In this document: piece by piece, positions 9,622 through 17,534 of the stretch
How positions within the stretch are numbered: position 1 is the first letter of the stretch
Layout: each line of letters starts with the position of its first letter
Source: a virus
Virus record (IMG/VR): IMGVR_UViG_3300032435_000019
DNA: 43,703 bases
Direction: 5' to 3' (one strand)
Program-made: the position numbers and the translations under genes
Notes under the pieces: model-generated
Told to the model about the DNA's origin: nothing
The model's database searches: none
The model's input: only the letters and a program-made list of their open reading frames with translations

Positions 9622-10125
9622 CTCGATGAGCTCGTCTCCGTACTGCTTGACCGCTTTGTCGATTTTGCGGATCGCCCTGGGCCCGAAGCCCATGTATGGC
9701 CTTGCCGCGACGTTCATGTATTTGGTGTGAGCGCCGACGCTTTGGTAAACGGGGAACTTGAGCTTTTTCCCGAATGCCTGGGTTATTAGTCGGGCGTGAG
9801 CGGCTACCTGGACGGTTCCTTTGAATCCGAATTGGTGAAGGCGTCCGTATTCGACGTTGGTGCCTATCCGGACTGAGGTGTTGTTTGCTACGTCGTAGGT
9901 GATGCTGTTCCGGAGCCTGCTGGTGTCCCTAAGTATTTGCCCTTTCCGCTTGATGCCCTTCCAGGGGATCCCGTCTGGGCTCTTCTGCCCGAGGAAGTTG
10001 AACTGCGTATCGGCGACCATGATCTGCCCGAGCCGGTCTAGTAGCCCTGAGCCGTTCTGGTTCTGCAGTAGCTTGTTGACTAGCTCGTTGATCTGGCTCG
10101 CGTCTAGCTCTAGGTTCGCGGCCAT
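9619..10125 (-). CDS. Virion morphogenesis / tail completion protein (Mu gpG / P2 gpS-like)
   Basis: KSPDGIPWKGIKRKGQILRDTSRLRNSITY...VRIGTNVEYGRLHQFGF matches the family signature as I remember it. It sits in the neck module. Confidence 0.8.
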   Translation of the reverse strand: MAANLELDASQINELVNKLLQNQNGSGLLDRLGQIMVADTQFNFLGQKSPDGIPWKGIKRKGQILRDTSRLRNSITYDVANNTSVRIGTNVEYGRLHQFGFKGTVQVAAHARLITQAFGKKLKFPVYQSVGAHTKYMNVAARPYMGFGPRAIRKIDKAVKQYGDELIE

Positions 10126-10548
10126 CTAGTCGCCCACGAACGCGTCTAGTGTCTCGTCGGTGAATACGCGGTCGTCGTAGCCCTTTAGCGCCTCGACGCT
10201 GCCGCTGGTGTCCTGCTGCGCCTCTACGGGTAGCGTCGCCCTGCCGGCGGCTATGTCCTGGAGTATCTTGATGGCGGTCTTGTATCGCTCTTTGGTCTCG
10301 TCGAGCGGCCGGCGCGCCTGGATGTGGTAGCGGGCAATGTCGGCGGCTATCCGGGCGATGATTGTTGGTATGGCCTGCGGGTCGATTACCGCTACGCTGC
10401 CGATGTAGAGGTTAACTTCGTCGGTCGCGTCCTGGCACGCCTTCGTTATTTTCTCATCGTCGAAGTCGTTAGTGTTTTGATCCCAGGCGTGGGTCTGTAG
10501 CTCGGCCTCGTCGAAGCGGTCTAGTAGGTCCTGTTTTGTGCAATACAT
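10126..10548 (-). CDS. Head-tail connector protein (DUF1320 / Mu gp36-like)
   Basis: The N-terminus MYCTKQDLLDRFDEAELQ and an overall size of 140 aa are typical of DUF1320. It abuts the gpG-like gene. Confidence 0.7.
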   Translation of the reverse strand: MYCTKQDLLDRFDEAELQTHAWDQNTNDFDDEKITKACQDATDEVNLYIGSVAVIDPQAIPTIIARIAADIARYHIQARRPLDETKERYKTAIKILQDIAAGRATLPVEAQQDTSGSVEALKGYDDRVFTDETLDAFVGD

Positions 10549-10616
10549 TCGTTGTCTCCTTACGCAAAAAGCCGCCAGGGTTTATCCCGACGGCCTCCTG
10601 GCTTGCGTTGCGGCTG

Positions 10617-10898
10617 TTAGCCTTTAGCTGCTGCGGCTGCTGCTGCTTCGGCCTCTACTGCTTCCTTGTCGGCTTGCTCCTGGGCGGCTGCTGCTACTGC
10701 TGCGGCTTTTTCTGCCTCGGCCGCCTCTTTGGCTGCTGTGGCGTCTAGCTCGGCCTGCCTCGTTGAGCGCTTGCCCTCGGTGACGCAATGCTCGATGCCG
10801 TCGATGGCTTCGGGTTCGCACTGGAGCTGCGCGCCTTCCGCGTATCGCTTGCCGTTTACTCGTACCGCTGAAACTACTGTATAAGATTTTTTAGCCAT
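10617..10898 (-). CDS. Small protein after the capsid gene, with an Ala/Glu-rich tail (93 aa)
   Basis: The N-terminal 40 aa (MAKKSYTVVSAVRVNGKRYAEGAQL) resemble ORF 17307..17519 (MAKRKIEFVTTVRINHEEYEAGDSR). An RBS (GGGAG) lies upstream. Confidence 0.6.
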   Translation of the reverse strand: MAKKSYTVVSAVRVNGKRYAEGAQLQCEPEAIDGIEHCVTEGKRSTRQAELDATAAKEAAEAEKAAAVAAAAQEQADKEAVEAEAAAAAAAKG

Positions 10899-10949
10899 GA
10901 TTGGCTCCCTGGGTGGCGGGCTCCTGCGGGAGCCCTGGTTGGGCTTGTC

Positions 10950-11870
10950 TTACAGCGTGGCGCTGAAGAAATAGGCGCAGTCGGCTGCCATGACCAATTC
11001 CTTCACGGACTCGCCTACTTGGAGCACTGTCGCGCCGCGGAGGCCGATGTCGCTGTCCTCTTTGCTGCGGGCGATGCGCGATTCGTACTCTGCCGTGAGT
11101 CCGAAAGTCAGGCCCTTGCTCGGTGCGGCGCTCGGGTTCAGGTAAAGCAGCGCTGCGTTGTTGCCCCACAATTCGGACAACGCGAGCGTCTGCCCTTTGT
11201 TGGCCGAGTTATAGCGTGCGCGGCCGGTCAGAATTGTGAGCTCAAATAGCTGCTCCAAAAATGAAACCGGAACCATGCCGTCGTCACCGGTGTTGCCGTG
11301 GAACGCCTTGACCACGTTCTGGTTGCGTCGCAGCGCCAGCAAACTGGCTCCGTTAGTAACCAAAACATTGGGGCGCATGAACGGCACCTCCAGGGCGTCG
11401 CTGATCTGGACGATTGGCTTGCTGGCTGCGTCGTCCCACTGGTCCGTTCCGGACAGCGTTTCTTTGTAGCCGGTCGGGTAGGTCGCGGCGTTGTGAACGA
11501 CTGCGGCTACTCGCTGCTCGCGCTGGAGCATGATTAGCTCCATGAGCAATTCCGTGGCGTTGCCTACGGGATCGAAGTTGGTGTTTCGAGCGTTCTCAAT
11601 ATCCTTGCGCGGGATAACGTCCTCCAGGCCGTAGTCCTGGGTCATGCTCGCCAACTCGGTGCCACCGAATTCGACCTGATTCATGCGGCCCTTGCGGTCG
11701 ATGGTGGTGTCGGGGATCGTGAAGCGGTCGGCCTTGTTGTAGGACGTCCACTTGAATTCCTCGGCTCCTACGCCTACGCGAGGCAATACCATATCGGCGA
11801 TGAACGCCCGATTCATGTATGCCAGGGCGATTGCTGTTCGGATCGGGTCGGTTGTGAAAGGTGCGTTCAT
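10950..11870 (-). CDS. Major capsid protein (306 aa, lambda gpE-like family candidate)
   Basis: Fits the canonical order scaffold/protease, then DUF2190 decoration, then capsid. The size is right. The N-terminus MNAPFTTDPIRTAIALAYMN...ADRFTIPDT resembles capsid-E-type proteins, judged from memory. Confidence 0.8.
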   Translation of the reverse strand: MNAPFTTDPIRTAIALAYMNRAFIADMVLPRVGVGAEEFKWTSYNKADRFTIPDTTIDRKGRMNQVEFGGTELASMTQDYGLEDVIPRKDIENARNTNFDPVGNATELLMELIMLQREQRVAAVVHNAATYPTGYKETLSGTDQWDDAASKPIVQISDALEVPFMRPNVLVTNGASLLALRRNQNVVKAFHGNTGDDGMVPVSFLEQLFELTILTGRARYNSANKGQTLALSELWGNNAALLYLNPSAAPSKGLTFGLTAEYESRIARSKEDSDIGLRGATVLQVGESVKELVMAADCAYFFSATL

Positions 11871-11903
11871 GCTGCTGTTCTCCTGTGGTCCGTTGCCGGC
11901 CTA

Positions 11904-12257
11904 TTAGCCCTGGGCGATTAGTACGTCGATAACATCGCCGGCGACCGCGTTTTGCATTGCGAGTCCTACGATGCGGTCGGTTCCTGCTGCAGAAGCGACT
12001 ACGTTGCCGCTAGCGTCGCTCGTTAAAGCTGCGCCTCGGGTGATGTTGCCGCCGGCTGTCACTTCCGCGATGCCGTTGACGATTACGTCCACGCGCTGAT
12101 TGTCACGCGAGCCGATCTGCTCCGATACGCCGATCAGCGGGTCGCTTACTGCTGACGCTGTTGCTACCTGCCCGTCGGCTGCGCCGAAGGTCACTAGCTT
12201 GCGTCCTGCAACGGCCGCGAGGCAGACGAATGATTTGATTAGTGTCGGATTTGCCAT
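11904..12257 (-). CDS. Head decoration protein (DUF2190 family)
   Basis: 117 aa. The pattern ...GVSEQIG...VDVIVNGIAEVTAGGNITRGAALTSDASGNVV...IVGLAMQNAVAGDVIDVLI is typical of DUF2190. It lies between the scaffold and capsid genes. Confidence 0.75.
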   Translation of the reverse strand: MANPTLIKSFVCLAAVAGRKLVTFGAADGQVATASAVSDPLIGVSEQIGSRDNQRVDVIVNGIAEVTAGGNITRGAALTSDASGNVVASAAGTDRIVGLAMQNAVAGDVIDVLIAQG

Positions 12258-12287
12258 TTCATGTTTCTCCTGCTGCGATCCGGTGGA

Positions 12288-13427
12288 TTAGTCTTGCTCG
12301 CCTTTTTGGACGAGGTTGACTGCTTGGGTGATTGAAATTGTGCGGCCTGCTGCTTTCTCGGACTCCTGGAACTCCAGCGCTTTAGCTGCGAGCTTTCGTG
12401 AGTCTCCGATATCCTCCAGGGTTGTGCCCTCGCCTGGAGCGCCATGCTCACCAAACTCGACCGGTGTTTTGCCTTCGGAAATGAGGCCGAAGAAAAAGTC
12501 GGTAGCGCTGAGTGATTTCTTGTCGTCGCCTTCGCCAAACTCGACTACGGATTCGGTGTCCAGCTTTTCTGCGAAATCCTTGATGGCCTCGGCTTTTGCG
12601 GGGAGCACTTTGCCGGCTGAAACCAGGGCGTCTACTCGGTCACCAATGGCTTTCTTGTGCGTCGCAAGCGCTACCGCTGCGGCCGCTTCCTGGCGCTCTG
12701 AGAAACTAGCGGCGTCGGTGTCGAGCTTTGCCTGCGCTGTTGCGAGGGCGGCTGCGTCGGCTTCGAGCTTGGCTTGTGCGGCAATGATTTGTTCTTCGGT
12801 CATCATGGTGCTGTCTCCACTATTGGCTTCTGAATATGAGGCCGACATTGCGGGCTCTGATTTGGGTGCTCGGGCCGCGTCCTCGATGCCTTCGACGAGG
12901 TAGCCTGGGATCGCTTTGTCGGCGTCCTCTAGTCCGAATTTCTCGATAAAGAATTCGCGGAGTCGACGCGCCAGGGATGCTGTTTCCCAATCGGCGGCAA
13001 ACTCCAGGGTTCCTTCGTCGTTGTCGTTGAAGCCGACGGCTTCTAGTCCCTTGATGGCGGGCGGCTGCGCTCCGAGGAACCCGACGTGCCGGACGTAGTA
13101 GTGTCCTGGCGTGGGGTTCCCTGGTGCGTCCGGCGTGTAGAGGCTGGCGCTCACTTTCTTGTATGCGCCGTTGGCTACTTGATCCGCGAAGTCGGTATTT
13201 AACTGGTCGGGGATGGCGAATAGCCCTTTACCCTCGACAAACTCCAGGCCCTTGATCCATCCGAATGCTGGGGCATTATCCTTTGGGTGTCCGACGACGA
13301 TTGGCGCTTCGTGCAGTGCGGCGCTGTAGCCGTTCGCTGCTTGCTGGAGCATCGCGTCGGTAAAGTCGAGCTTGACGCCGCTCATCGCGGTGTGGCTGCC
13401 GGACTTAAATATGTGGATAGGCTTCAT
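12288..13427 (-). CDS. Capsid scaffolding protein / maturation protease (P2 gpO-like)
   Basis: The N-terminal region (HIFKSGSHTAMSGVKLDFT...PIVVGHP...KKVSASLYTPD...YYVRHVGFLGAQPPAIKGL) fits the gpO pattern. The C-terminal half is Ala/Glu-rich coiled coil. It lies just upstream of the decoration and capsid genes. Confidence 0.75.
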   Translation of the reverse strand: MKPIHIFKSGSHTAMSGVKLDFTDAMLQQAANGYSAALHEAPIVVGHPKDNAPAFGWIKGLEFVEGKGLFAIPDQLNTDFADQVANGAYKKVSASLYTPDAPGNPTPGHYYVRHVGFLGAQPPAIKGLEAVGFNDNDEGTLEFAADWETASLARRLREFFIEKFGLEDADKAIPGYLVEGIEDAARAPKSEPAMSASYSEANSGDSTMMTEEQIIAAQAKLEADAAALATAQAKLDTDAASFSERQEAAAAVALATHKKAIGDRVDALVSAGKVLPAKAEAIKDFAEKLDTESVVEFGEGDDKKSLSATDFFFGLISEGKTPVEFGEHGAPGEGTTLEDIGDSRKLAAKALEFQESEKAAGRTISITQAVNLVQKGEQD

Positions 13428-13492
13428 GGTTCGGGATTGCGTCCTGGTTTTTGTAAACCTCGGCGCTATCCTTGCCCACTGTCGGGCGGAGT

Positions 13493-13512
13493 AATAGTTG
13501 GGATTTTTCCTA
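13493..13512 (-). promoter_or_regulatory. Conserved late-region 20-mer, copy B (minus strand TAGGAAAAATCCCAACTATT)
   Basis: Lies in the 139-bp gap upstream of the scaffold gene, about 65 nt before the ATG at 13427. Confidence 0.5.
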
Positions 13513-13566
13513 TGGTACGGGGAGGGTGGAGCCTGCCTGGGCGGCGGGCTCCGGATTATTGGCGCG

Positions 13567-13800
13567 CTAGCGTATTTTGAGTTGGTATAAGGTCTCGCCG
13601 GCGATCTTGATTGCCTGCTCTATGAGGTACGGCGTTGGGGTGTTGAAATAGTCGGGGTTGGATACCATTGCGGCGAGTATGGTGCCGGTCATTTTCTCTA
13701 GCCGGTCGGCTTTCCTGTTGCGGGAGTAGTCTCTAAATCCCTGCGCTATAGCGCTGAAATCCGCGAGCGCTTTCTGTTCGTCCCTGCTTCCGGTGTTCAT
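13567..13800 (-). CDS. Hypothetical protein (77 aa)
   Basis: ORF with an ATGA overlap to the upstream gene. No recognisable motif. Confidence 0.6.
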   Translation of the reverse strand: MNTGSRDEQKALADFSAIAQGFRDYSRNRKADRLEKMTGTILAAMVSNPDYFNTPTPYLIEQAIKIAGETLYQLKIR

Positions 13801-14279
13801 GGTAATGCCTCCATTAGTTCTGTGTAGTGGAATGGTCGACCTAGAGCCTGGGCGATGGATATTTTTTGCTTATGGTTGAACTCTATCACTTGTGCGTTGT
13901 AGGTCGTTGCGTGGCTTGGGATAGTAATGCGGCACTCTACGAATTGGATGCCTTGCTCTGTTATCTGCCATAACCCGCTGGTTCGCTTTTCGGGATTGCT
14001 GTCGCTGGTTCTTTGCCTTACAAGGCCCCACCACGCGCAGGTCGCCAGGGAGCCTCCGTTGCGGACGACTTTCCTGGGCGCTTTGTCTCCTATGCTCGCC
14101 CAAACCTGACCGCGGTGTATGTTTTCTCGGTATAGCCAGCAAAGGCTAAACGCCATTGCTTTGTTGAACTTCCGATTGTATATTTTGGTGAACCGGTCGC
14201 AGCATGGGCAGATGCCGCCATCCTTCGTGGCGGCCTCCTTGAATAGCTGCTCTCGCGCTTCTGCTAGCGTGTACTGCAT
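13797..14279 (-). CDS. Hypothetical protein with an N-terminal CPCC motif, possible DNA-binding protein (160 aa)
   Basis: The pattern GGICPCCDRFTKIYNRKFNKAMAFSLCWLY...GLWQITEQGIQF looks like a Cys motif followed by a winged-helix-like segment. The function is inferred only. Confidence 0.55.
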   Translation of the reverse strand: MQYTLAEAREQLFKEAATKDGGICPCCDRFTKIYNRKFNKAMAFSLCWLYRENIHRGQVWASIGDKAPRKVVRNGGSLATCAWWGLVRQRTSDSNPEKRTSGLWQITEQGIQFVECRITIPSHATTYNAQVIEFNHKQKISIAQALGRPFHYTELMEALP

Positions 14280-14291
14280 GGTCGCTCTCCT

Positions 14292-14723
14292 TTAAAACGG
14301 GATATCGTCGTCTAGCCACTCCTCGGGGTCCTGGGCTGCCGGTGGACTAGCCTTTTGCGTTGATGGCGCTGCGCTGGCGTGCCCCTGGCTGCCGCTGTCC
14401 TTCGGTGTTAGGAACTCGAAGTTCCGGCCCTTGATTTCGGTGCTATAGCGGTCGTTTCCGTCCTTGTCCTGCCACTTCCGGAGCGTTAGTTGGCCCTCGA
14501 TGTAGAGCTTGTCGCCCTTGCCCGCATACTGCCCGATGATCTCGGCTTGCTTGTCGAAGAATACGACGTTGTGCCATTCGGTGACTTCGCGCTGCTCGCC
14601 GGTGGTCTTGTCGCGGTATCGCTCCGAGGTTGCTAGGGCGAGGTTGCATACTGCGATTCCGGCCTGGGTGGATCTCATTTCGGGATTGCGCCCGAGGTTT
14701 CCTATTAGCATTGCTTTGTTCAT
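14292..14723 (-). CDS. ssb: Single-stranded DNA-binding protein
   Basis: The OB-fold N-terminus MNKAMLIGNLGRNPEMRSTQAGIAVCNLALATSERYRDKTTGEQREVTEWHNVVFF and the acidic C-terminal tip DDDIPF are diagnostic. Confidence 0.95.
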   Translation of the reverse strand: MNKAMLIGNLGRNPEMRSTQAGIAVCNLALATSERYRDKTTGEQREVTEWHNVVFFDKQAEIIGQYAGKGDKLYIEGQLTLRKWQDKDGNDRYSTEIKGRNFEFLTPKDSGSQGHASAAPSTQKASPPAAQDPEEWLDDDIPF

Positions 14724-14748
14724 TCTGTTGCTCTCCTGGTGGTGCGGC

Positions 14749-15000
14749 CTATCGGCGGCCGCGGGATTTTAGGTATTCACGCGCTAGCGGGTAGACGTTG
14801 CTGGGGACCCTGTAATTCGGGTCGGCCTCTAGTCTCCTGGCGTGGTGGATGGTTATTGCCGCGGTGTTCCTGGCGTGCGCCCTGGCTAGGTCCTCCAGGT
14901 GCAAGTTCTCGTCGGCGAGCGTTAGTGTAGGCGCTTCGCCTCGAAGGAATTGCCGGATGAGTCCGCTGGCTATTGTCCTGGGATTGGTTGACTGGTTCAT
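14749..15000 (-). CDS. Hypothetical protein (83 aa), with the start trimmed to the internal ATG
   Basis: The track ORF 14749..15198 has an Arg-rich N-terminal extension that overlaps the upstream gene. The ATG at 15000 lies 2 nt after that gene's stop (MNQSTNPRTIASGL...). Confidence 0.55.
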   Translation of the reverse strand: MNQSTNPRTIASGLIRQFLRGEAPTLTLADENLHLEDLARAHARNTAAITIHHARRLEADPNYRVPSNVYPLAREYLKSRGRR

Positions 15001-15002
15001 GC

Positions 15003-15233
15003 TTATTCCTCGACCCGTTTTATTATTAGATGCGTGAGCTGGTTTCGTAGTACGAGCAGCGCCTCGTCTGTTTTGCGACGCAGCTCCTCGTCTATGCTGA
15101 ATGAATACTCGATGGCAACGTGTAGCGTGCGGAGGATCGCCTCGTCCATGAATTCGTCCTCTAGCAACTCGACGAAGGCGTCGGGGTCCTCCCAGCAAAG
15201 CGCGGCGTATCGTTCTGCAGGCGACTGGCTCAT
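15003..15233 (-). CDS. Hypothetical acidic protein (76 aa), with a trimmed start
   Basis: The internal ATG at 15233 forms an ATGA overlap with the upstream stop (MSQSPAERYAALCWEDPDAF...). The longer track ORF is Arg-rich, off-frame-like sequence. Confidence 0.55.
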   Translation of the reverse strand: MSQSPAERYAALCWEDPDAFVELLEDEFMDEAILRTLHVAIEYSFSIDEELRRKTDEALLVLRNQLTHLIIKRVEE

Positions 15234-15448
15234 AACGTTTCGTATCTCCCGCTGCGGACGATTCTCCGGAGGGTCTGTATGTCGGATTCGAGGCCTCGTA
15301 GCTCTAGCCGGAGCGCGCTGGCGACGTTTCGGTCGCCTCGCTTTTCCGCGTCCCTGGCGTCTGCCGCTAGCGTGAACCACCGGCCTTGCAGGTCGTGGAG
15401 CTCGTCCTCGGGGTCGTGGGTGAATACTGGCGCTATTGGCCCGCTCAC
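15230..15448 (-). CDS. Hypothetical protein (72 aa), with a GTG start
   Basis: The GTG at 15448 overlaps the TAG of the upstream gene (TAGTG). The sequence is VSGPIAPVFTHDPEDELHDLQGRWFTL... The start assignment is tentative. Confidence 0.4.
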   Translation of the reverse strand: MSGPIAPVFTHDPEDELHDLQGRWFTLAADARDAEKRGDRNVASALRLELRGLESDIQTLRRIVRSGRYETL

Positions 15449-15741
15449 TATTTGGTCCTCGCATAGTAGGACCCGTTTAGCTCTATTACCTCGATGCAGT
15501 CGCGTGCGTGGAGGCGCGCTACCGCAATCATCGGCTCCTTTGTTATGTTTACCCATTCGTCGAGCGGGTTTACCGGTGCGAAGTTTCGAAGCGGCGTGAA
15601 TCGCTCACCCTTGTCTCCGGCTTTCGTGGAGGCCCACGGCTTATTAGCAAGGCGGGCCCTAAAGGCGTCGCGGTGTGCGTCTAGCTTGTCGGCCAAAGCT
15701 AGCGTGATGTTGCGTAGTTCGTTTTGCTCTGCTCTGTTCAT
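15448..15741 (-). CDS. Hypothetical protein (97 aa)
   Basis: ORF with plausible composition, in an operon with its neighbours. Confidence 0.6.
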   Translation of the reverse strand: MNRAEQNELRNITLALADKLDAHRDAFRARLANKPWASTKAGDKGERFTPLRNFAPVNPLDEWVNITKEPMIAVARLHARDCIEVIELNGSYYARTK

Positions 15742-15776
15742 GGTGCTCCCCTTTTTTGGTAGTTATTGTTGTGGTG

Positions 15777-15986
15777 CTATTGGTCGCACGCTTCCTGCGG
15801 CGCTTCGTCGGAAACGTCGAGGGTTAGGCGTGCGATGGTGTTGCCGTTCTCGTCGCGCAAGGGCGGCGGGTCGGTAAAGTCTGGACAGAAACTTGCTTGA
15901 TGTAGGAGCTGGCGTGCTAGCTCCTGGTCGGTGAGGTCGTATATTGCGGCGTGGTATCGGTTAACCACTTCTATGGTTATTTTCAT
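15777..15986 (-). CDS. Hypothetical protein (69 aa)
   Basis: ORF with plausible composition. No motif. Confidence 0.55.
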   Translation of the reverse strand: MKITIEVVNRYHAAIYDLTDQELARQLLHQASFCPDFTDPPPLRDENGNTIARLTLDVSDEAPQEACDQ

Positions 15987-16028
15987 GTCGTTGTCCTTTT
16001 CTCATATCGTTGGTGGTGCCCGCTGATT

Positions 16029-16265
16029 CTAATACGAAAGGCGGGCGGTGAGTCTAGTCTTTTTTGCCCTGGCCGATGATGCTTTTCCGGCGTCGTGCCG
16101 GAGGTCTACTGCGGCGTCGTATGCCGCTGGGCTGTTGGTGGCTAGCTTCCCGAGGTAGGAGTTTACCGACTTGAGGTATTCCTGCCGCGGGATGCTCCTG
16201 GGTAGCGCCTTGATGCGGGCCTCCTCGGCCATCGTGGCGGCTATCGCCCTGGTTAGGGCGCTCAT
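16029..16265 (-). CDS. Hypothetical protein (78 aa)
   Basis: ORF with an ATGA overlap to the upstream gene. Confidence 0.55.
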   Translation of the reverse strand: MSALTRAIAATMAEEARIKALPRSIPRQEYLKSVNSYLGKLATNSPAAYDAAVDLRHDAGKASSARAKKTRLTARLSY

Positions 16266-16741
16266 GCTTTGGTTGCGAAGGTTATAGCGCGGATCAGGGG
16301 GAGGAGCTTGTATCGCTCTGCTGTCGAAAAGTCGCCGAAGCTCACCGCCGTTTGGCCTGGGCGCTTTTTAAATAAGCGCCAGCTTCGGTCGTCGCCTCTT
16401 GAGTCTAGGGTCCCGACGTAGCCTATGGATATACTCTCGGGTAGCTGCCGCTTGTCGTAGGCGTCTAGCTGGGCGTTGAAGCGGCTAATGCGGGCGGCAT
16501 CGGATTCGGTCTCTAGTTCGGCGAAGGGGACGCGCTTTTCTATTTCCGCGGCGTTGACTATGAATTTGCTCGATCCCTGGAACTGGACCGTCGGTTTCGT
16601 TTTGTCTCCGTTGTGGAAACCGTTGATTATCCTTGAGACCCTGCCCAAACGTAGCAGGCTACGTCGGCGCATTCGATCTTGGCCGTCGCGGGTAGGTACT
16701 GAAAAGGTTATTTTGTCGCCGATGTTTAGCTCGATGGTCAT
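16262..16741 (-). CDS. Hypothetical protein (159 aa), first gene of the embedded early-type island
   Basis: First ORF downstream of the terminator and CCGGTAT-box region. No motif. Confidence 0.65.
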   Translation of the reverse strand: MTIELNIGDKITFSVPTRDGQDRMRRRSLLRLGRVSRIINGFHNGDKTKPTVQFQGSSKFIVNAAEIEKRVPFAELETESDAARISRFNAQLDAYDKRQLPESISIGYVGTLDSRGDDRSWRLFKKRPGQTAVSFGDFSTAERYKLLPLIRAITFATKA

Positions 16742-16816
16742 GGTCGTTCTCCGTTTCGTTGGTCTGGTCTATGTCGTTGGTGTTCGGTGTTGCCTGGGGC
16801 TTAGACTACCAAGTCT

Positions 16817-16929
16817 CCGGTATTAAGCAAGCCGTAGCCGGTATTTAATGCTCTGAATACCGGAAGTAGATCAATGTTTATGCCGGTATCGCTGGGATGG
16901 GCCCAGGATCGCTCTGTGCTGTCCGGTAT
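16817..16929. promoter_or_regulatory. Array of five CCGGTAT boxes (operator/iteron-like)
   Basis: CCGGTAT occurs at 16817, 16838, 16883 and 16923, and inverted (ATACCGG) at 16857. Copies 2 and 3 form the palindrome CCGGTATT-N10-AATACCGG. The array lies in the 258-bp gap upstream of 16741. Confidence 0.6.
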
Positions 16930-16938
16930 GTTCGAGGC

Positions 16939-16963
16939 AAAAAAAAGGGCCCTATATGGGCCC
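16939..16963 (-). terminator. Rho-independent terminator after 17000..17302
   Basis: Minus strand reads GGGCCC-atata-GGGCCC followed by TTTTTTTT. Confidence 0.7.
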
Positions 16964-16999
16964 GAGGGGTATTCTCAGAATGGTACGCCGGCGGCGTTG

Positions 17000-17302
17000 C
17001 TAGCTTCGCACGCGTGCTGCTACGCGCTTCTCAAAGTAGGCGACTTCGCCGATGGCCGATAGGATGCTGATGTGCGCTCGGTGCTCTCCCGCTGGGAGGT
17101 CTAGCGTATGCGCGAGCGTTCCCTGGTAGAAGCCTGGGTCTCGCTCCGTCAATACCAAGGCTTCGCCGAGGGCGGTGCCGTCGGTGTCCTTGATGGTGAC
17201 GGTTATGGTGGCCCCGGTTACCGGCTCACCGTCGGCCTGATTGATTACGTTGCTGACGGTGAGGAGGTTGTCGTTGCCGATGTAGAGCTGCAGCGGGTTC
17301 AT
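17000..17302 (-). CDS. Hypothetical beta-rich protein (100 aa), possibly Ig-like
   Basis: ORF with the segment LLTVSNVINQADGEPVTGATITVTIKDTDGTALGE, which is typical of Ig-like phage domains. This is inference. Confidence 0.55.
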   Translation of the reverse strand: MNPLQLYIGNDNLLTVSNVINQADGEPVTGATITVTIKDTDGTALGEALVLTERDPGFYQGTLAHTLDLPAGEHRAHISILSAIGEVAYFEKRVAARVRS

Positions 17303-17306
17303 TCGA

Positions 17307-17519
17307 TTACTCGGGCAAGTCCTGTGCGGTGTCGGCCACGTTCAGCGCGACTGCGCCTGGGACCAATTCGCCCTGCTCGCCGGTCTCGGGGTCCTTTGCC
17401 CATCCCAGGTCGATGTAACGCTGCGCTTCGTCCTCGGGGAAGCCTCGGCTGTCTCCGGCCTCGTATTCCTCGTGATTGATGCGAACGGTAGTCACAAATT
17501 CTATCTTACGTTTTGCCAT
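17307..17519 (-). CDS. Small protein (70 aa), possible paralogue of 10617..10898
   Basis: N-terminal similarity to 10617..10898, as noted for that ORF. Confidence 0.6.
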   Translation of the reverse strand: MAKRKIEFVTTVRINHEEYEAGDSRGFPEDEAQRYIDLGWAKDPETGEQGELVPGAVALNVADTAQDLPE

Positions 17520-17534
17520 GTTTGCGGTCTCCTA

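Noticed and set aside
10918-10935. Stem-loop GGGCTCC-tgcg-GGAGCCC just downstream of the capsid gene, considered as a terminator
   Set aside because: No U-tract follows it on the minus strand, and the next RBS and ATG follow within 20 nt. It may stabilise the capsid mRNA or attenuate weakly, but I cannot support a terminator call.
14749-15556. Long N-terminal extensions of track ORFs 14749..15198, 15003..15464 and 15230..15556
   Set aside because: The extensions are Arg-rich and overlap the preceding genes completely. Internal ATG/GTG starts give ATGA/TAGTG coupling and sensible proteins, so I trimmed the genes.
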